A DNA stretch of 63,822 nucleotides, filler included, from Licmophora abbreviata (GCA_900291995.1; 8 parts of 8 records of this genome joined end to end with filler, not necessarily neighbours in it); one strand, 5' to 3'; shown: positions 12,991-26,683, counted from the first letter of the whole stretch. Notes: generated by a model not told the origin, from the letters alone. Numbers and translations are program-made.

Positions 12991-13506
12991 ATGGGATTGG
13001 TTCTACTGTTACTGCTCAATCCTGTTTTCTTATTGTCGAATGCGTTCGTGATGATTCGCTGGAGCCATCATGGTAGTGCTAGTCGCTGCCGTCACAGAAC
13101 TCAATCATGCCGCACTCCAATCACCACTACTTCATTGCTATCACTGTACAACGACCCTATGGAAGACAGCACCAACAATGACTGGCTGAGTCAGGAACAA
13201 AATTCCACCATTGCTGCCTCGACGACCACGATCTACCAATCGCTCTCGCAACGACAGACGGACTTGCAACGAGGCATCGGGTGTCGCTATGTCGTGCATA
13301 CTACACGTGGATTCTTAAATGTACATAGTAGCTGTACACACGAAGAGGGACCGTTCGCGACGGACAACATTGTGGCGCAACTGCACGATGGACAAGTCAT
13401 CGTCAGTGTCGGTCCGCCCGTGGACGCGTGGATTCAACATGATCATGGGGGATGGAGTGTCGGTGAGTTTCAAGGACACACGTTTCTAGTTCCATTGAAA
13501 GAGTAA
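12991..13506 (+). CDS. Small protein with bipartite plastid-like presequence and C-terminal SH3b-like domain
   Basis: Signal peptide MGLVLLLLLNPVFLLSNA-F followed by an S/T/R-rich transit-like segment. RYVVHTTRGFLNVHS..NIVAQLHDGQVI..WIQHDHGGWS resembles bacterial SH3. Confidence 0.6.
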   Translation: MGLVLLLLLNPVFLLSNAFVMIRWSHHGSASRCRHRTQSCRTPITTTSLLSLYNDPMEDSTNNDWLSQEQNSTIAASTTTIYQSLSQRQTDLQRGIGCRYVVHTTRGFLNVHSSCTHEEGPFATDNIVAQLHDGQVIVSVGPPVDAWIQHDHGGWSVGEFQGHTFLVPLKE

Positions 13507-13731
13507 GAAATGGCGAAGAGGGGAGACAACGGCAGTCTCTCTGTCTCTCTTTAGAATCGGTGGTTGTGTTGGTCATACTGTTATTACGAGTAGTTAGAGT
13601 ACAAGCAGTCTGACCGCAATGTAAAACTAGTTTCACGCTGCACTCGGACTGCGATCCTAGCTCAGTACTAACGTCTAATGTAATAGAAACTCTCATCTGA
13701 AGTCTGAGTAGAGCCGATGATACATGCTTCC

Positions 13732-13758
13732 TCATCATCATCATCATCATCATCATCA
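13732..13758 (+). repeat. (TCA)n microsatellite
   Basis: About nine tandem TCA units in intergenic DNA. Confidence 0.9.
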
Positions 13759-13994
13759 CCTTTGAGACTTTCGCTTCAAGTGTCGTCTCGAGACATCACC
13801 CTCCTTCGACCAATGGAATCTGGAATCTCCAAACGCGATCGTTGAAAGATCCAAAAGATCTGTTCTGCGCGTTTTGAGTTGATGGCAGTCTTCGCTTGTT
13901 CCCCAACGACGCGTCCAGTTTGTAGTCATCCAACTTGAAACTCTCACTACAGCATCAGTCTTGGCCTTGTTGTGACTATCTGCACCCCTTCGTC

Positions 13995-16095
13995 ATGCTA
14001 CGCTCACTTGTATCGCGCTCAGTGGTCCAGAAATCACGGTGGTCGATTTCCAAGTCGTCTATATCGCCGAAATGGACTCGACGATGTCTTTCTACTTTAG
14101 AACCGCGCGAAAGTATGCCTTTCGATGTCTTGATCGTCGGTGGCGGTCCGGCTGGCTTGGCAGCGTCGATACGACTCAAGCAACTCTGCGCGGAACAAAA
14201 TAAGGATCTCAGTGTGTGTCTGATTGACAAGGGCAGGTACGATGAGCGAACTAATCTTTCTTGTGAATGAATACGCGTTCCAGTAGAGTGTACAATTTGT
14301 TCTTCGCCAATTTTGTCCCACGGCTCTCACCCCCTCTACTACCATAAACTGCACAGTGAAATTGGCGCCCACATTCTTTCCGGAAACGTCTTTGACCCCA
14401 AAGCGCTCCATGAGCTCTTTCCCGATATGTCACTCCCCAACACGGATACTCATTGGCCGACCGTATTTCAAGCAGAGCAAGACTCACATGCGACCAAAGT
14501 CAAAAAAGACGAGTTCTTGGTACTATCAGAATCCTCTTCCTACGCCATCCCGCATATGTTCATGCCTCCTCAGCTCAACAATGATAATAATTACATTCTT
14601 TCCTTGGGACAGCTCTGTCGATGGCTAGGCACGAAAGCAGAAGAGCTCGGTGTTGAGATTTATCCAGGCTTTGCCGCCAGCGAGGTGGTGTACACGGACG
14701 ATAGCAATACGGCTGTGAGAGGTATTGCGACGCGCGATGTCGGAATCGGGAAGGATGGTGAGCCCAGGGCGACCTTTGAACGAGGCGTGGAACTGCACGC
14801 GCGACAGACGCTCTTTGCCGAAGGAGCGCGGGGATCGTGCAGCGAAGCGCTCATGGAGCAATTCGAGTTGCGAGATGGTAAAATGCCACAAACGTACGGA
14901 TTGGGTATAAAGGAGGTGTGGGAAGTTCCCGAGTCGCAGCATCAACCGGGTTTAGTGCAACACACCGTCGGATTTCCGCTGCAGCAGTCGGTTCGTGACA
15001 AGGTGTACGGTGGCACGTTCTTGTATCACCAGGAACCCAATCTCATTTTACTCGGACTCGTGGTTGGGTTGGACTACGCGAACCCATACTTGAATCCTTA
15101 CAAAGAGTTTCAACGCTGGAAGACGCACCGCACGTTAGCAAGCAACTGGAGGGTGGATCGTGTATTTCGTACGGAGCACGGGTCTTGAACGAAGGCGGCT
15201 ATCACTCCATCCCCAAACTCACCTTTCCAGGCGGTGCTTTGATTGGATGCGGTGCGGGATTTTTGAACGTTGTAAAGGTCAAGGGCACGCATACCGCCAT
15301 CAAGAGTGGCATTCTGGCGGCCGAAGCGGCCTTTGACGCACTATCAGCAAGTGAGGGCGAAGCGGTCGTAGAGACGGGAGAGATCCGGAGCGAGGAGGCT
15401 CCGTTGGAACTGACGTCGTATGGGACTGCCGTGGAGAAGTCGTGGATCACCAAAGAACTAAAAGAAGTGCGTAACTGCCATGAGGCGTTCTCGCGATGGG
15501 GCATTGGACCGGGCATGGTCTATACCGGTCTCTCGACGCTTATCTCCAAAGGTCGCGAACCTTGGACGTTGGAACACACAAAGACAGATGCGAACAAGAC
15601 CGAGGAAAAGGAATACTTTCAGCCGATTGATTATCCTGCTCCAGATGGCGTCTTGACGTTTGATTTGTTAACCAATCTGCAACGGAGCGGCACGTACCAC
15701 GAGGACGACCAGCCGGCGCACTTGCGCATCAAGACGGATCTTGCTGATATTCCCGAAAGCGTATCCATGCAGATTTATGGGGCACCCGAGCAGCGGTTCT
15801 GTCCTGCCGGTGTGTATGAGTATGTCGACAATGAGAATCCCAGTGAGAGTGGCCCGAAGAAGAAGCTCGTCATCAACGCACAGGTACGTGGGATCAGTTG
15901 CATACTGGAGGGGATTCGTCTCTTGCATCGAAGCGAGGGTTTGTTCTCCAACAGTTTTATGCTCGCCCGTCGCCTTGTTCGTTCTCCTTTCAGAACTGTG
16001 TCCACTGCAAATGCTGCAGCATCAAGATGCCGCACGAGTACATCGACTGGACAGTCCCCGAAGGCGGAGGAGGCCCGCAATACCAGATCATGTAG
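13995..16095 (+). CDS. ETFDH: Electron transfer flavoprotein-ubiquinone oxidoreductase, mitochondrial; introns 14237-14356 and 15884-15993, frameshift near 15128
   Basis: [24 protein letters not shown] motif, [38 protein letters not shown] and [19 protein letters not shown] 4Fe-4S motif; mitochondrial-type presequence. Confidence 0.97.
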
Positions 16096-16699
16096 TTTTC
16101 TCATTTTTTATTTGTGAGGAAAGTGCGTTTTTTGCAATAAAGAAGAGTAGACAGAAAGAGTATTTACAACTTTTAGTTTTCTACCACCACATTTCGGGTA
16201 CTGCTATTGTAAAACATGTGCTACCTTCCCAGAAGTTTCCTTGGAAAGCATATTTATCCTGCGGCTCAGACTGCAAGCTACTACTGCATTCTGAATCATA
16301 GAGCATCAAAGCCCAAACGAACCGCGCTCGATCGTACCCACGCCCCTTTCACCGGAGTTGATTCACGAGCGAAATATTCCTGGCTGTCTTCTCCGAGTCG
16401 AGAACGAAAGGTCCTGTATGCGTCAAGCAACAACGAAGCTTGCACATGGTAGAACACGAACATCGCTTCAAATTAAGCGGGTGGGAACAGTGCGAAGTAC
16501 GCTGCGAGCTCCAATGATTACCCTTATATCCGAATAGAAGCATTCACTTTTCCCGCCATTTTGAATCCTCACATCCGACTGATTCTTATTTTAACGGAAA
16601 GTTCATGACAACACTCACATCTTAGGCGTCGATCACAACAATGGCGGAGTGCATCTATAGAACTGCTGTGTCGCTCCCACATTCTTTCGTTCGACCCTG

Positions 16700-18014
16700 A
16701 TGACATCGTCCATACGCGTTCAGAGCAGGCGTTACACGCTGAACGTGTCCATGGATAGCTCGTTGCAGCTGACCAAAGACAGCGACGACGAGAGTCATGA
16801 ACGGAGCTACGGCGCCAGATCGACCGTGAGCGGAGACTCCTTCGTCTTGCCCCTGACCATGCTCAGCGTCTCGGACGACGATGGAAGCTTGGGAAGCTAT
16901 GATCCGTACTTGAGTAGCTCCCTGCGACGACGACGCCGTCGACTAGAAAACCAGTCGCAGCTCCATTTCTGCTGCGTGTCACCGGGCACGATACATCGAG
17001 TCGATCCAATTACACCAGATACCACCCCAGATACTCTAGAAAGCATGAACGGCGACGACAATGACGGCCCGCAGAACGCGTCTAGTACTGCCATCGGGGA
17101 CTACGACAAGGCGACCTCTGTGCCCGCCTTACCTTCTGTCTTATCCATTCCCGCGCAAGCCTCCTTACTCTCACTAGCCCGTGGCGCCCGAGACGACTCC
17201 TCGCTGACCACCCCCGACACTATCAACGCCTTCGATTCCAAACGAGCTAGATATGTCCACCAGCGCGTCTATTGGAATGCCATTGTGTCGCATAGAGCGA
17301 AACAACTCGGGCCGGTGCATGTACGAACAGGACAGGGGCTCCTAGATCTTGGTCACGCGCACATGCAGTGTCATGTGAGTAGGCTGACAGGAGCATCGCT
17401 TGCATTGTATCACTCACACACACGTGTTCTCACTATGTTACACATGCTCGCTTGTTTGATGTATCTAACTGTAGGAATACAAGGAAGCACTGAATGTCTT
17501 GACGAGCGCCGTTCGTATCTTCCGACAGCTCTTTGGAAACAATGATCTCCACGTCGCCACTGCGCTCAACAAGATGGGGCTTGCTGCGTGGCGTCAACAC
17601 AGAACGAATCCTGCATCCTTACAGTGTGCCAGTGTTGCGGTCAATCAAGCATTGGTCATACGCTTTCAAATACTGGGACCGACGCATGTCGACACAGTGG
17701 AAACGCTCAATCATTTGGCGACAATTCATCTGCTACGCAACCAAGTCAAGGAAGCGCTGCATGCATATTTGGAAGTGTACACGGTGAGACGAGTCCTGTT
17801 TGGAAAGAACCATCCGAGTGTGGCGGTCTCGGCGCATGCGCTGGGAGGTGTGTATATTCGATTGTCGCGGTTGGAGGAGGCGCATGGTTACCACGTGAAA
17901 GCGCTCCAGATATATCGCCAGCTGGGGGTGAATCCAGAGAACCCGACCGTGGCGAAACTCTTGCGCGACATTACGAGTTTGGAACGAATCATGTCGACAC
18001 GGTTGTATCTGTAA
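16700..18014 (+). CDS. Tetratricopeptide repeat protein (kinesin-light-chain-like TPR); intron 17375-17474
   Basis: Repeats LGPxHVDTVETLNHLA and FGKNHPSVAVSAHALG; GTGAGT..GTAG intron joins the two ORFs in frame. Confidence 0.85.
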
Positions 18015-19058
18015 CCAGTAACCAGAGGACGGTCGTTAAATAATGGAAGGGCGCTGATTGTTTGTGGCCCGTACACTACTTTACCATCGTAGCTCTGCTA
18101 TTTGTGATACGGGAAGTGTGCTACCGACAGTGAGTGTGGGAGACGATGGCGCTTGACCGTGTTGACAGTGGGAGGTTAACATATGGCATCAGCCGTGGGA
18201 TAGAACGATTGCGGGGAACAACATCTAGCTACTTTTTCTTGACCCAGGAATAGCTCTATCTAGAGTACTGATGGTATCATACCCAGGCATGGCTCTATCT
18301 ACTTTAGAATCCTGATGGTGTCTAGCTCTAGAAAAGAGGTTGTTGGGTGCAGGTACTTCTTCTTCTGGCTATTTTATGCTTAGATTTTATCGTTCTAGTC
18401 TACTCGAGTAGACGACAACATGATGACGATGAACTCGCGTTCCACGTTGCCTTGTGTACGAGTAAATAGCAACTGCACGACTGCGAAACATTCTCAACGT
18501 CCGTATTCCTACCGGTATCATGTAATGTGCGAACATTCTGGAGGCATCAGTTGGCACGTGCCTGTGTATAAGTAATGAAAGTATGTCGGACATGGACACC
18601 AAAATGCGCAGATAAACTATACTGTGTGTGTCTGTGTACTCATATTTCATATGGAGTATATAATATCAACGCCTATGGTGGAGCTTCTCTATCTGTCGGA
18701 GTCCCGCCTGAGAACATGCTTCGTTCAAGGTAGTTTTTAAAGGTTTTGATCCATCAGAATAGCATGGCCAGCGCTTGTCGTGTAACATACGGGTGTATTA
18801 ATTAGGTTGACATGTATATTTAAATAGTTATAATGGATTTTAGATTTTACAGCGCGCCTGCCAGTCTAGAGCAATGTATCCCATTTGGATCAAAGATTCG
18901 GGACCGCCCCACAATTTGACTTGGTAAAACACCGCATGGGTGCGTGATGCAGCGTGGATTTTTTGCGGTTCTGAACAGCTCCAACAAAAGTGGGGTGTTT
19001 CATTGATGACACCAATAACTCTCTCATTTTCACCATCGCTCCTCTCTGAGCACCTGAC

Positions 19059-20745
19059 ATGTCTTCTATGACCCCTCTGTGCTTATTGTTAGAAGGGCTG
19101 TGGAGCCAGGATCGATCCAAGGTCCAGAATGCGATGAGACTCGTCAAAGACTATTGGCCTCAAGCGCAAACAATCTGTGGAGGTCAATCTCCGGAAGAGA
19201 ACGTATATCTCATTGTAAGAGTCTTGCTCAAATCAAATTCTCGTCTAGCTGCTGTCCCCTGTGAAGAAGAAGGGAGTTTGCCTCTGCACTACGCCGCGGC
19301 GCTAGGCTACGTGGAGGTAGCGCGAGCGCTGTTGAATGCGGTAAGATGACTTCATGTTTTCTGGGCTCGGCGGCGTGACGAACCAAGCTATGACAGTATT
19401 AGACTCTGACCCATAATCCCTCCCCGTTATTTAGTTTCCTGGAGGTGCTTCGTATCCCAATCGAAAAGGAAAGATCCCCCTTCACTTTGCTGCTCGCGAG
19501 GGACGCACATCAATGGTATATATGCTGACAGAGGCGCACCCTGAGACGGCGCAGATTGCGTCAAAAAAGGCCAAACTGGCTCTTCACTTTGCCGTGTCCG
19601 AGGGTCACTTGGCGATTGTAGAGTGTCTCTTGGAATGCTATCCCGAGGGGGCTTTGAAACGAAGCTCCAAGGGCAAATTTCCGCTCCACTTTGCGTGCCG
19701 ATGGGGTCACATGACGATTGCTCGCAAACTCTCTGCGCTACACCCGGAGAGCGTCCGCGAACTGGACGGGGAAGGCTCCTTACCACTACATGATGCATCT
19801 CGTCAAGGCCAGGTCGCCATGTGCAAGTTCCTCATGGAGATGTACCCAGAAGGCCTCGCGATTTCGAGTCTGCGAGGAGAGATACCTCTCTTTTCTGCCG
19901 TCCGAAGCGGCAACCTGGATCTGGTGATTTGCCTGGTGCAGGCGTGGCCCAGGGGCGCACTGTATGTTCTACAAAATCTATCGAAGCATGACAGTGTCGA
20001 AACGTGGAGTCCGGTCATACTGGAACTGTGTCTGCGCGGCGCGTCGTTCAACTTTACTGAGTGCGATGTCTTGCATGGACGGCACGTGCCGGTACTCTGT
20101 GACCTCGACCATGTCACTCGCACGGAAGGATACGCTGCAGGCGATTCCGAGAAACAACAAGCAAGAGTTGCTGTGAAAGGTGACTCTCTTGCAGAGGACG
20201 ATTCTACGTCCAATCTGAAACGTACCGCCGGTGCACCCCCTCCTCCAGACGAGCTCCACCGGAGCAAGCGCATGAAACTTGTCGACGAGTTGCCGCGTCC
20301 CGAGACCCGTCGATTCCTAACGCTCCACACAGCGCTAGAGTCGAGTACCAATACTCAGGTACTGCGATATGCTCTCATTCACCACCGCGACCAGGTCACT
20401 CAACAAGACAGCTGCGGGCAGTTGCCGTTGCACCTTGCCATGACACACTGTCGGGACGACGAGAGCGTCCAGCTCGTCTTGGACGACATGTTGACACCTC
20501 ATCCCGAATCTTCCATGGTAAAGGACCACCAAGGCCGTCTTCCACTCCATGTGGGCCTCGTATCTCGAGCCGACTTTCGGCTTATTCGAGGTGTCGTTGA
20601 GGCCAATCCATTGTTGGGCGAAACTGAGCTTTCTGTCCGGGGCGAGCGGAAGCACCCACTCCTCGTTGCGTCGGCCAACGACTGCGATCTGAGCACTGTA
20701 TACTTTCTGCTTCGTTACGACCCAAGTGTGATTCGGCTTGCGTAA
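19059..20745 (+). CDS. Ankyrin repeat protein; intron 19341-19434
   Basis: Multiple GxLPLHxA repeats (GSLPLHYAA, GKIPLHFAA, GKFPLHFAC, GSLPLHDAS, GQLPLHLA, GRLPLHVG). Confidence 0.9.
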
Positions 20746-20836
20746 ACAACGGCTTGCGCCAGCGAAACGTAGCTACTGTAGACAAACCAGCAATACTCTC
20801 CGTATGCACTTTCTAAATATGTCAACGCATTGCTAT

Positions 20837-21428
20837 CTATTGAAACCACCCGCGTCGAGACCATCCTTCCCACCACCACTTGGAGGGTTTGTCAATATGT
20901 TTCCCCGCAATGTACCCTGCCTTTTCTTTGGCCTTGTCGTACTCTACGGCGTTGTGTACCTGTGCCTCTTCTGAGAATCCCATCTGATGCGCGCGAGTGT
21001 ATTGTAGCGAGAGAAAAAGTAGCCAAGAGTGAAAGGAGGGGTCAGTACCGTACGCGGTGATACTTTTGGATACAACAGTTTCAATAAGATGAAAGTGCTG
21101 TCTTACATTGTCCAGATTCTCTTCCGCCATGAGCTGTCGATCCATCCTACATTGCAGGTAATCTTTCGAAAGTTCGCGGCACTTGTGATGGACATCTCGT
21201 GATTCTTTCAGACATTCCAGGTATTTCTAACCGTCCACAGTGGTACAATGGAAAGAAGTGTGAGATGCAATACCAAAAGGAACGCAGACAGGGTTTCTCC
21301 GCGACCCGTGCCTTTGCAAGGCTTACCTCCATGGGCTGTCTGCATTCGGAATCATGGTCGAGTGGGAAAATCCCTCGTTGGGGCGGCCGAACGTACTGTT
21401 TTCCGGAGCTAAAGTTTCTCGATGACAT
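20837..21428 (-). CDS. COX19: Cytochrome c oxidase assembly protein COX19 (twin CX9C); introns 21326-21227 and probably 21106-20984
   Basis: RPPQRGIFPLDHDSECRQPME|KYLECLKE..HKCRELSKDYLQCRMDRQLM is the COX19 signature. Confidence 0.92.
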
Positions 21429-21714
21429 GGTGATTCACCAAGAAACAACGAACGATAGAAAACAAGGTGTATGTATCCGCAGAAAGTCGACGCCGTCGTT
21501 GTGATCGCGACGGAGAAGTCCTTGTCGTCCGTCGTCGCGCCACCACGGAGCACCATTGTGCGGGATTCATGCGTCGCGCGCGCGGGGCTGACAGCCAAAT
21601 TTTGAAAGGCGTTTCGCGTTTCTATGTTGATACCCAAAACTATGCTTCGGTACGACCGTGCATGACGTCCATGAGCGACGCATACCTTGAACTCTAATTA
21701 TCCCCCTTTTAGGA

Positions 21715-22810
21715 CTAGACGACGGCCTGTTCCGACATTGGCAACTCTTCTTGCGTAAGACTGTCGGAGATTTGCTCCTGTCCTTTGTAACACTCCCGGT
21801 CAAACAGCGGGTGTTCGTGTACATGACCTGAGCGAGTCATTCGGAAGAGCTCCCAACTCGAATGAATTATGAACGCAGCGATCAGCGCAATAAAGATTCC
21901 ACTCGTCGATTGCTCGGAATGTACAGAAACAAGCCAAGGCCGACCATGGTCAGCGCCAAGACCAAGGCGAGAACGCTCGTAGTGATCGCCGCTGTGTACA
22001 CTTGAAAGCCACCGAGTACCAGCAATGCTGCCAAGCACCGACCTCCATCCAGCGGATAGGCAGGAATAATTAGATTGAAAACAAAGATACCAGCATTCAG
22101 TAGTATGGCTTGCGCTGCCAGCGCCGAGAAAAAGACAGCGGCGTCGCCGTCGGACAAGGCGTTCAAGTCAATCACGCGTGTAAAACCGGAGATGCCGTCG
22201 GGATGCACGCACGCATACAGGCCGAGCCAAAACAGCGCCTGAGGTATATGTGTCAGAGGACCGGCCAGTGCAACCCACAAGTCTTGGGCGACACCACCAC
22301 TGGTTGGTCCGCAGACAGCAAATCCGCCGAGTGGCCAGAGTAGTATGCAGTCCACCTCACCGCCTGCAGAAGTCACGGGAGTGTCGGGTTGAGAACAAGA
22401 ACAAGCGCTGTGAGATATATTACCTTTCCACGGCACAGCAAACCAGAGCTCCATCTCATAGAGTCAGTCTTACCTAGTCTCTTGGTCGTTAGTGCGTGAC
22501 CAAATTCATGCTGGAGACAGAACACGAAAGGGGTCTGGTGTCAGGTTATCATTCTGACGTAAAAGCGAGTTCGTCGCATCATGGCGACCTGTCGCACAGC
22601 ACGATACCCACGTACAATGAGAACGGTCAATAAAAGAACAGGACCATACAACACGAAGACAAACAATGTGAAGAGAGGCTCCCGGTATCGAGCCCAGACT
22701 GCCAGGACCTGGAACAATAGCAACACGAGGAAGGTGAAATGAAGCCGAATTGGGATGCCGGCAATGCAGGATCCGATACCCATTCCGGGCAATGTTTGCT
22801 CCGAAGACAT
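21715..22810 (-). CDS. Site-2 (M50) intramembrane zinc metalloprotease; exons 22810-22616, 22510-22474, 22363-21715, frameshift near 21918
   Basis: GIPIRLHFTF, a 37-nt exon encoding HEFGH, ILLWPLGG, VALAGP and NLIIPAYPLDGGR motifs. Confidence 0.92.
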
Positions 22811-23220
22811 ACTGGTAAGCTTCGCGATGGGAGGCTAAAGTGTCAGGGCAGCGAGCGCGCTGAAAGCCGATGCTGCGGGATTGACACTCGTTGTCATCGT
22901 GTTGGTATCGTCTCGGCCGGTTTTTTCGACTTGGCAGTCTTTTTCCGTGGGCTCAGATTTATCCCAGAAATATCATCACGTTTTAGACATAACGTTGGTC
23001 ATTTCTTTGAGGCCCATGGGATTCCATCTGGCATTGGCTCATAGCCACAGATATTGATTGGTGGCATCGCGTCGATGAGCGCGTGATCCTTCGCCGAAAG
23101 GAACAGAATCTTCCGCTCGGATGTCATCGTCGTTGGCTACTCAGGATTATCCTTGTACACTTGAGATTGCTCCAGTTGTCAACTTATCTCGGTACATATA
23201 GTGGAAGTTCGGTCTCCATC

Positions 23221-25486
23221 ATGAGCACGCTGCATCGGTCTTCGAAAAATAAGCGTCGTCGCAAGCCACCGCCGTTTTACCATAGTACTCAAGTTGCTTC
23301 GCACGAAGAGAGATTCCTACAGCAGGCGATCCAGAATTCCAAATTAGACCAAAGACGTCCTGCCGATGGGAAAGTAGATATTCCATCGGGACCTACCTTC
23401 TTTCCTACCGTCGAGGATTTTCAGGGGAGCCCCTTGGATTATATTGAAAAGATTAGGCCGGTTGCACAGAAGTATGGCATCGCGAAAATCGTACCGCCAG
23501 CTGGCTGGAAGCCACCATTCTGTAAGTACAATTTTCGGGTTTTCTTGACCTTGGGAGCTCGACAACGATGGCCGCTTGATGTTAAGAATATGGCAATGAA
23601 GGTGTACGCACCAAATAGCCCACGAGGACCTTGCTTTCGCCTTCAACACTCGAACCGATTCGTCTCCTTGTCGGCCTGTCCAAAACCTGCCTTTTTCCAC
23701 GATTTCTTGATTTTTGCTGTCAAAATAATAGTATTCTGGACATTTATGTCATACACCGACGATCCCGCATCATAGCACTCATTACCCTGCATTGCTGATG
23801 ACTGTAACAATCCAACATTATTCCTGCAGGTGTCGACATGGATTCGGAGAAACGATTCCAAACAAAAGAACAACAGCTGCATCGACTCCAGGAGGGCATT
23901 AGCTTTGGAGACGGAGTCGAGTACACGGCGCAGGAGTACCAGCAGACCGCGAGCGAGAGAGCCAAGAAGTGGAAGAGAGAGCGTTACCCGGACCACGATC
24001 TCGTCAGCGCGCACGAAATTCCGGAAAGTGATCAAAGCGATGCGGCAAGTAAGGTCATGTCACCGGAAAACCTTGAGCGTGACTATTGGGACATCATTGA
24101 GACGCATAAACACGAACTCACAGTCGAATACGGCAACGATGTGGACACGACTGAGTTTGGATCGGGTTTCCCTCTGTCTGAACGCGGGCGGTCGTTGCTT
24201 GGAAAGACGGTTGAGGAGAAGATGGTGGGACCTGAGCCAGCGTTTGGGGAGGAAGATTACTACAAAGAATCATGGTGGAATCTCAACAACATTCCCTGCG
24301 CGCCCGACAGCGTCCTCCGGCACGTCAAGGTCGCAATAAATGGAATCAACGTGCCCTGGTTGTATCACGGGAGCTTGTTCTCTACGTTCTGTTGGCACAA
24401 CGAAGACAATTACTTGTACAGCATCAACTACCACCACAAGGGCGCACCAAAGCTATGGTATGGCGTTCCAGGTTCCAAGAAAGACGCCGATGGGCTTGAA
24501 AAGGTATTCAAGTCGTACCTTGCAAGGAAGATGCGTGATGTTCCTGATCTTCTCCATCATATCGTCACAATGTGGTCGCCAAGGCTTCTCCAAAACAGCG
24601 CAGTATCCGTGTGCAAACTGGTTCAATACGAGGGCGAGTTCATCGTCACGTTCCCTCGAGCTTTCCACGGCGGGTTCAGCCTGGGACCAAATGTCGGAGA
24701 AGCGGTGAACTTTGCCAATCATGACTGGATCGCGTTCGGTTCCGACGCAAATGAGAGATACAGATCGTACGCTCGTCCGGCAGTCTTCAGCCACGACCGT
24801 CTCACCTTTACAATGGCGAATCACTTGAAGGAACAGAAGTCGTATCGGACCTGCAGTCTCCTGTCGAGGAGCTGAAGCGTGTTGTCGGAGAAGAGCTTAG
24901 TCTTCGACAGCGCTTGCTAAAGTCGGGTGTGCGAGACGTGGCAGGTTTGCTTCCATTGCCGAAGAACGCGCTGGACAAGCTGGACGACGAAAGCGCGGAG
25001 TATGACGACAAACGTCTCTGTCACGCATGCAAGCATGTTTGTTTCTTTTCGGCGGTCGCGTGCGATTGCAGTTACACCAAGGTCAGCTGCCTTCGCCATA
25101 GTCACTTCATGTGCCGTTGCCCAGCCGAGCAAAAGTACTTGATGGTGTGGAGTACCGAGGAAGAGATGAACCAGTTCGTCGATAGTGTTCAAAACTTCTG
25201 TGGCGATCTCAAGACGAACGCAGACGCAAATTCAGGATCGATCGAAGCCGTCACGACGCCCTCAGAAAGTCCTAAGAAAGCACCGGGATCAGAGAAAGAC
25301 AAGGAGCGTCGCAGGAATGTGCCTCTCTGCCTGGAGCCCGTTGGTGCCGACCCGAATTACAGTCAGCCTAGAAAGGACGGTAGACCGCGGATCCATGTCA
25401 AGCGACAGAAACTTGGCATGGGTGCAAGCAGTCCATCGATTGGCGTTGACGAGGCCGATCAGGACAACCAAGAAACTGCCCCATAG
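23221..25486 (+). CDS. KDM5/JARID1-like lysine demethylase (JmjN, JmjC, C5HC2 zinc finger); intron 23522-23829, frameshift near 24864
   Basis: Jmj[28 protein letters not shown]; Jmj[73 protein letters not shown]. Confidence 0.93.
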
Positions 25487-25751
25487 TCGTGTGTTTGTTC
25501 ATTTAGCCAAATCCAAAGAGAATAGCAACCGCATTAGTTTATCCATGCTGTCATTTTGCTGACTGCTTCGATAGATGGCACGATAGAAGATCCCATGCGG
25601 CCAGTCCAATTGTGGTGGTTATAGCATACGATCACAATTGATTTTCCACCATTGTCTGTACTCTTGAATCAATTTCGCTCTCGAGGGAACCCGATGCCCA
25701 GCGGCCATGACGTCGTAGTGGGAAAAGTGCATAGCCCAGATCGGCCTTTGG

Positions 25752-25851
25752 NNNNNNNNNNNNNNNNNNNNNNNNNNNNNNNNNNNNNNNNNNNNTTAAT
25801 TAATTAANNNNNNNNNNNNNNNNNNNNNNNNNNNNNNNNNNNNNNNNNNNN
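25752..25851. other. Artificial assembly spacer
   Basis: N44-TTAATTAATTAA-N44. Confidence 0.98.
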
Positions 25852-26683
25852 GTACGCCCGGCGGACACGACCAACGGAGGTGCGATTGCTGTCCCCGCGC
25901 AAAGTCCTTGGCCCCGACAACATGATTCTCCAAAATATATGTATTCGGTGCTTGCTTGAACAGTTTCATAAGTGCTACCATGTCGCTCCATTGTGTAAAC
26001 TCCATGTCGTCCCTTTTTGTGAGGTCTACCATGGCCATTGCAATTCGCGTCCATTCGCTCGCAGTACCCGACGCCAAGCACGGAATGCCCCCACTACCAT
26101 TCAGCGCTTCACTGTAAATGACAAAATCTGGTGAATGTTCAATGCTTAAATTCGACACAGGCATGTTCAGAGGGACCAAATCGTAGTCAGCCATGAGACC
26201 ACCCCCGGCAACAGCCATGGCAAGAAAGCGCAAAAAGCAATATTCATTGTACTCTCTATTCCGGCCTCCCTCTCCAAGAAGGGTGAGGCTGTTGAGATGA
26301 CTAAGGATCTCATCGTACAAAGGATGCTGCTGCGCCTGTTCTAGCGATAACACCCGAGGTTCGTAGCCAGCGTCGCTCCAAGCAAGCTTCCATTCCGCTA
26401 GCAACGCTTCGTCTGCCTGTCGAATGTGTTGTTCGCGTTGAGAATCAGGGGGAGCCCGAAGAAGTGGGGAATAGAATGTGTAGATCACAGATTTCTGCGC
26501 TGCGTTTGTCGCCGTTGTGGCCTGCTCTACAAGACGACGTTCCAGACTAGCACCGCGCAGGTCATCATTCCTCGCATGATCACTCGACGCCGTCCAAATC
26601 ACACAGAGCAGCACGACGATGCCTCCTACTAAAAGAACGATCGCTTTCAGACCCACACATCGTCGACAACGATTGAATGCCAT
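25852..26683 (-). CDS. Type II membrane protein, glycosyltransferase-like (DxD); 3' truncated
   Basis: N-terminal TM AIVLLVGGIVVLLCVIW; W..AW..AGY.P, CFLRFLAMA..GGGLMADYD and WSDM motifs. Confidence 0.6.

Noticed and set aside
15120..15140. Programmed frameshift or pseudogene in ETFDH
   Set aside because: No slippery heptamer, all catalytic motifs are intact, and similar one-base indels occur in five unrelated genes; assembly error is more likely.
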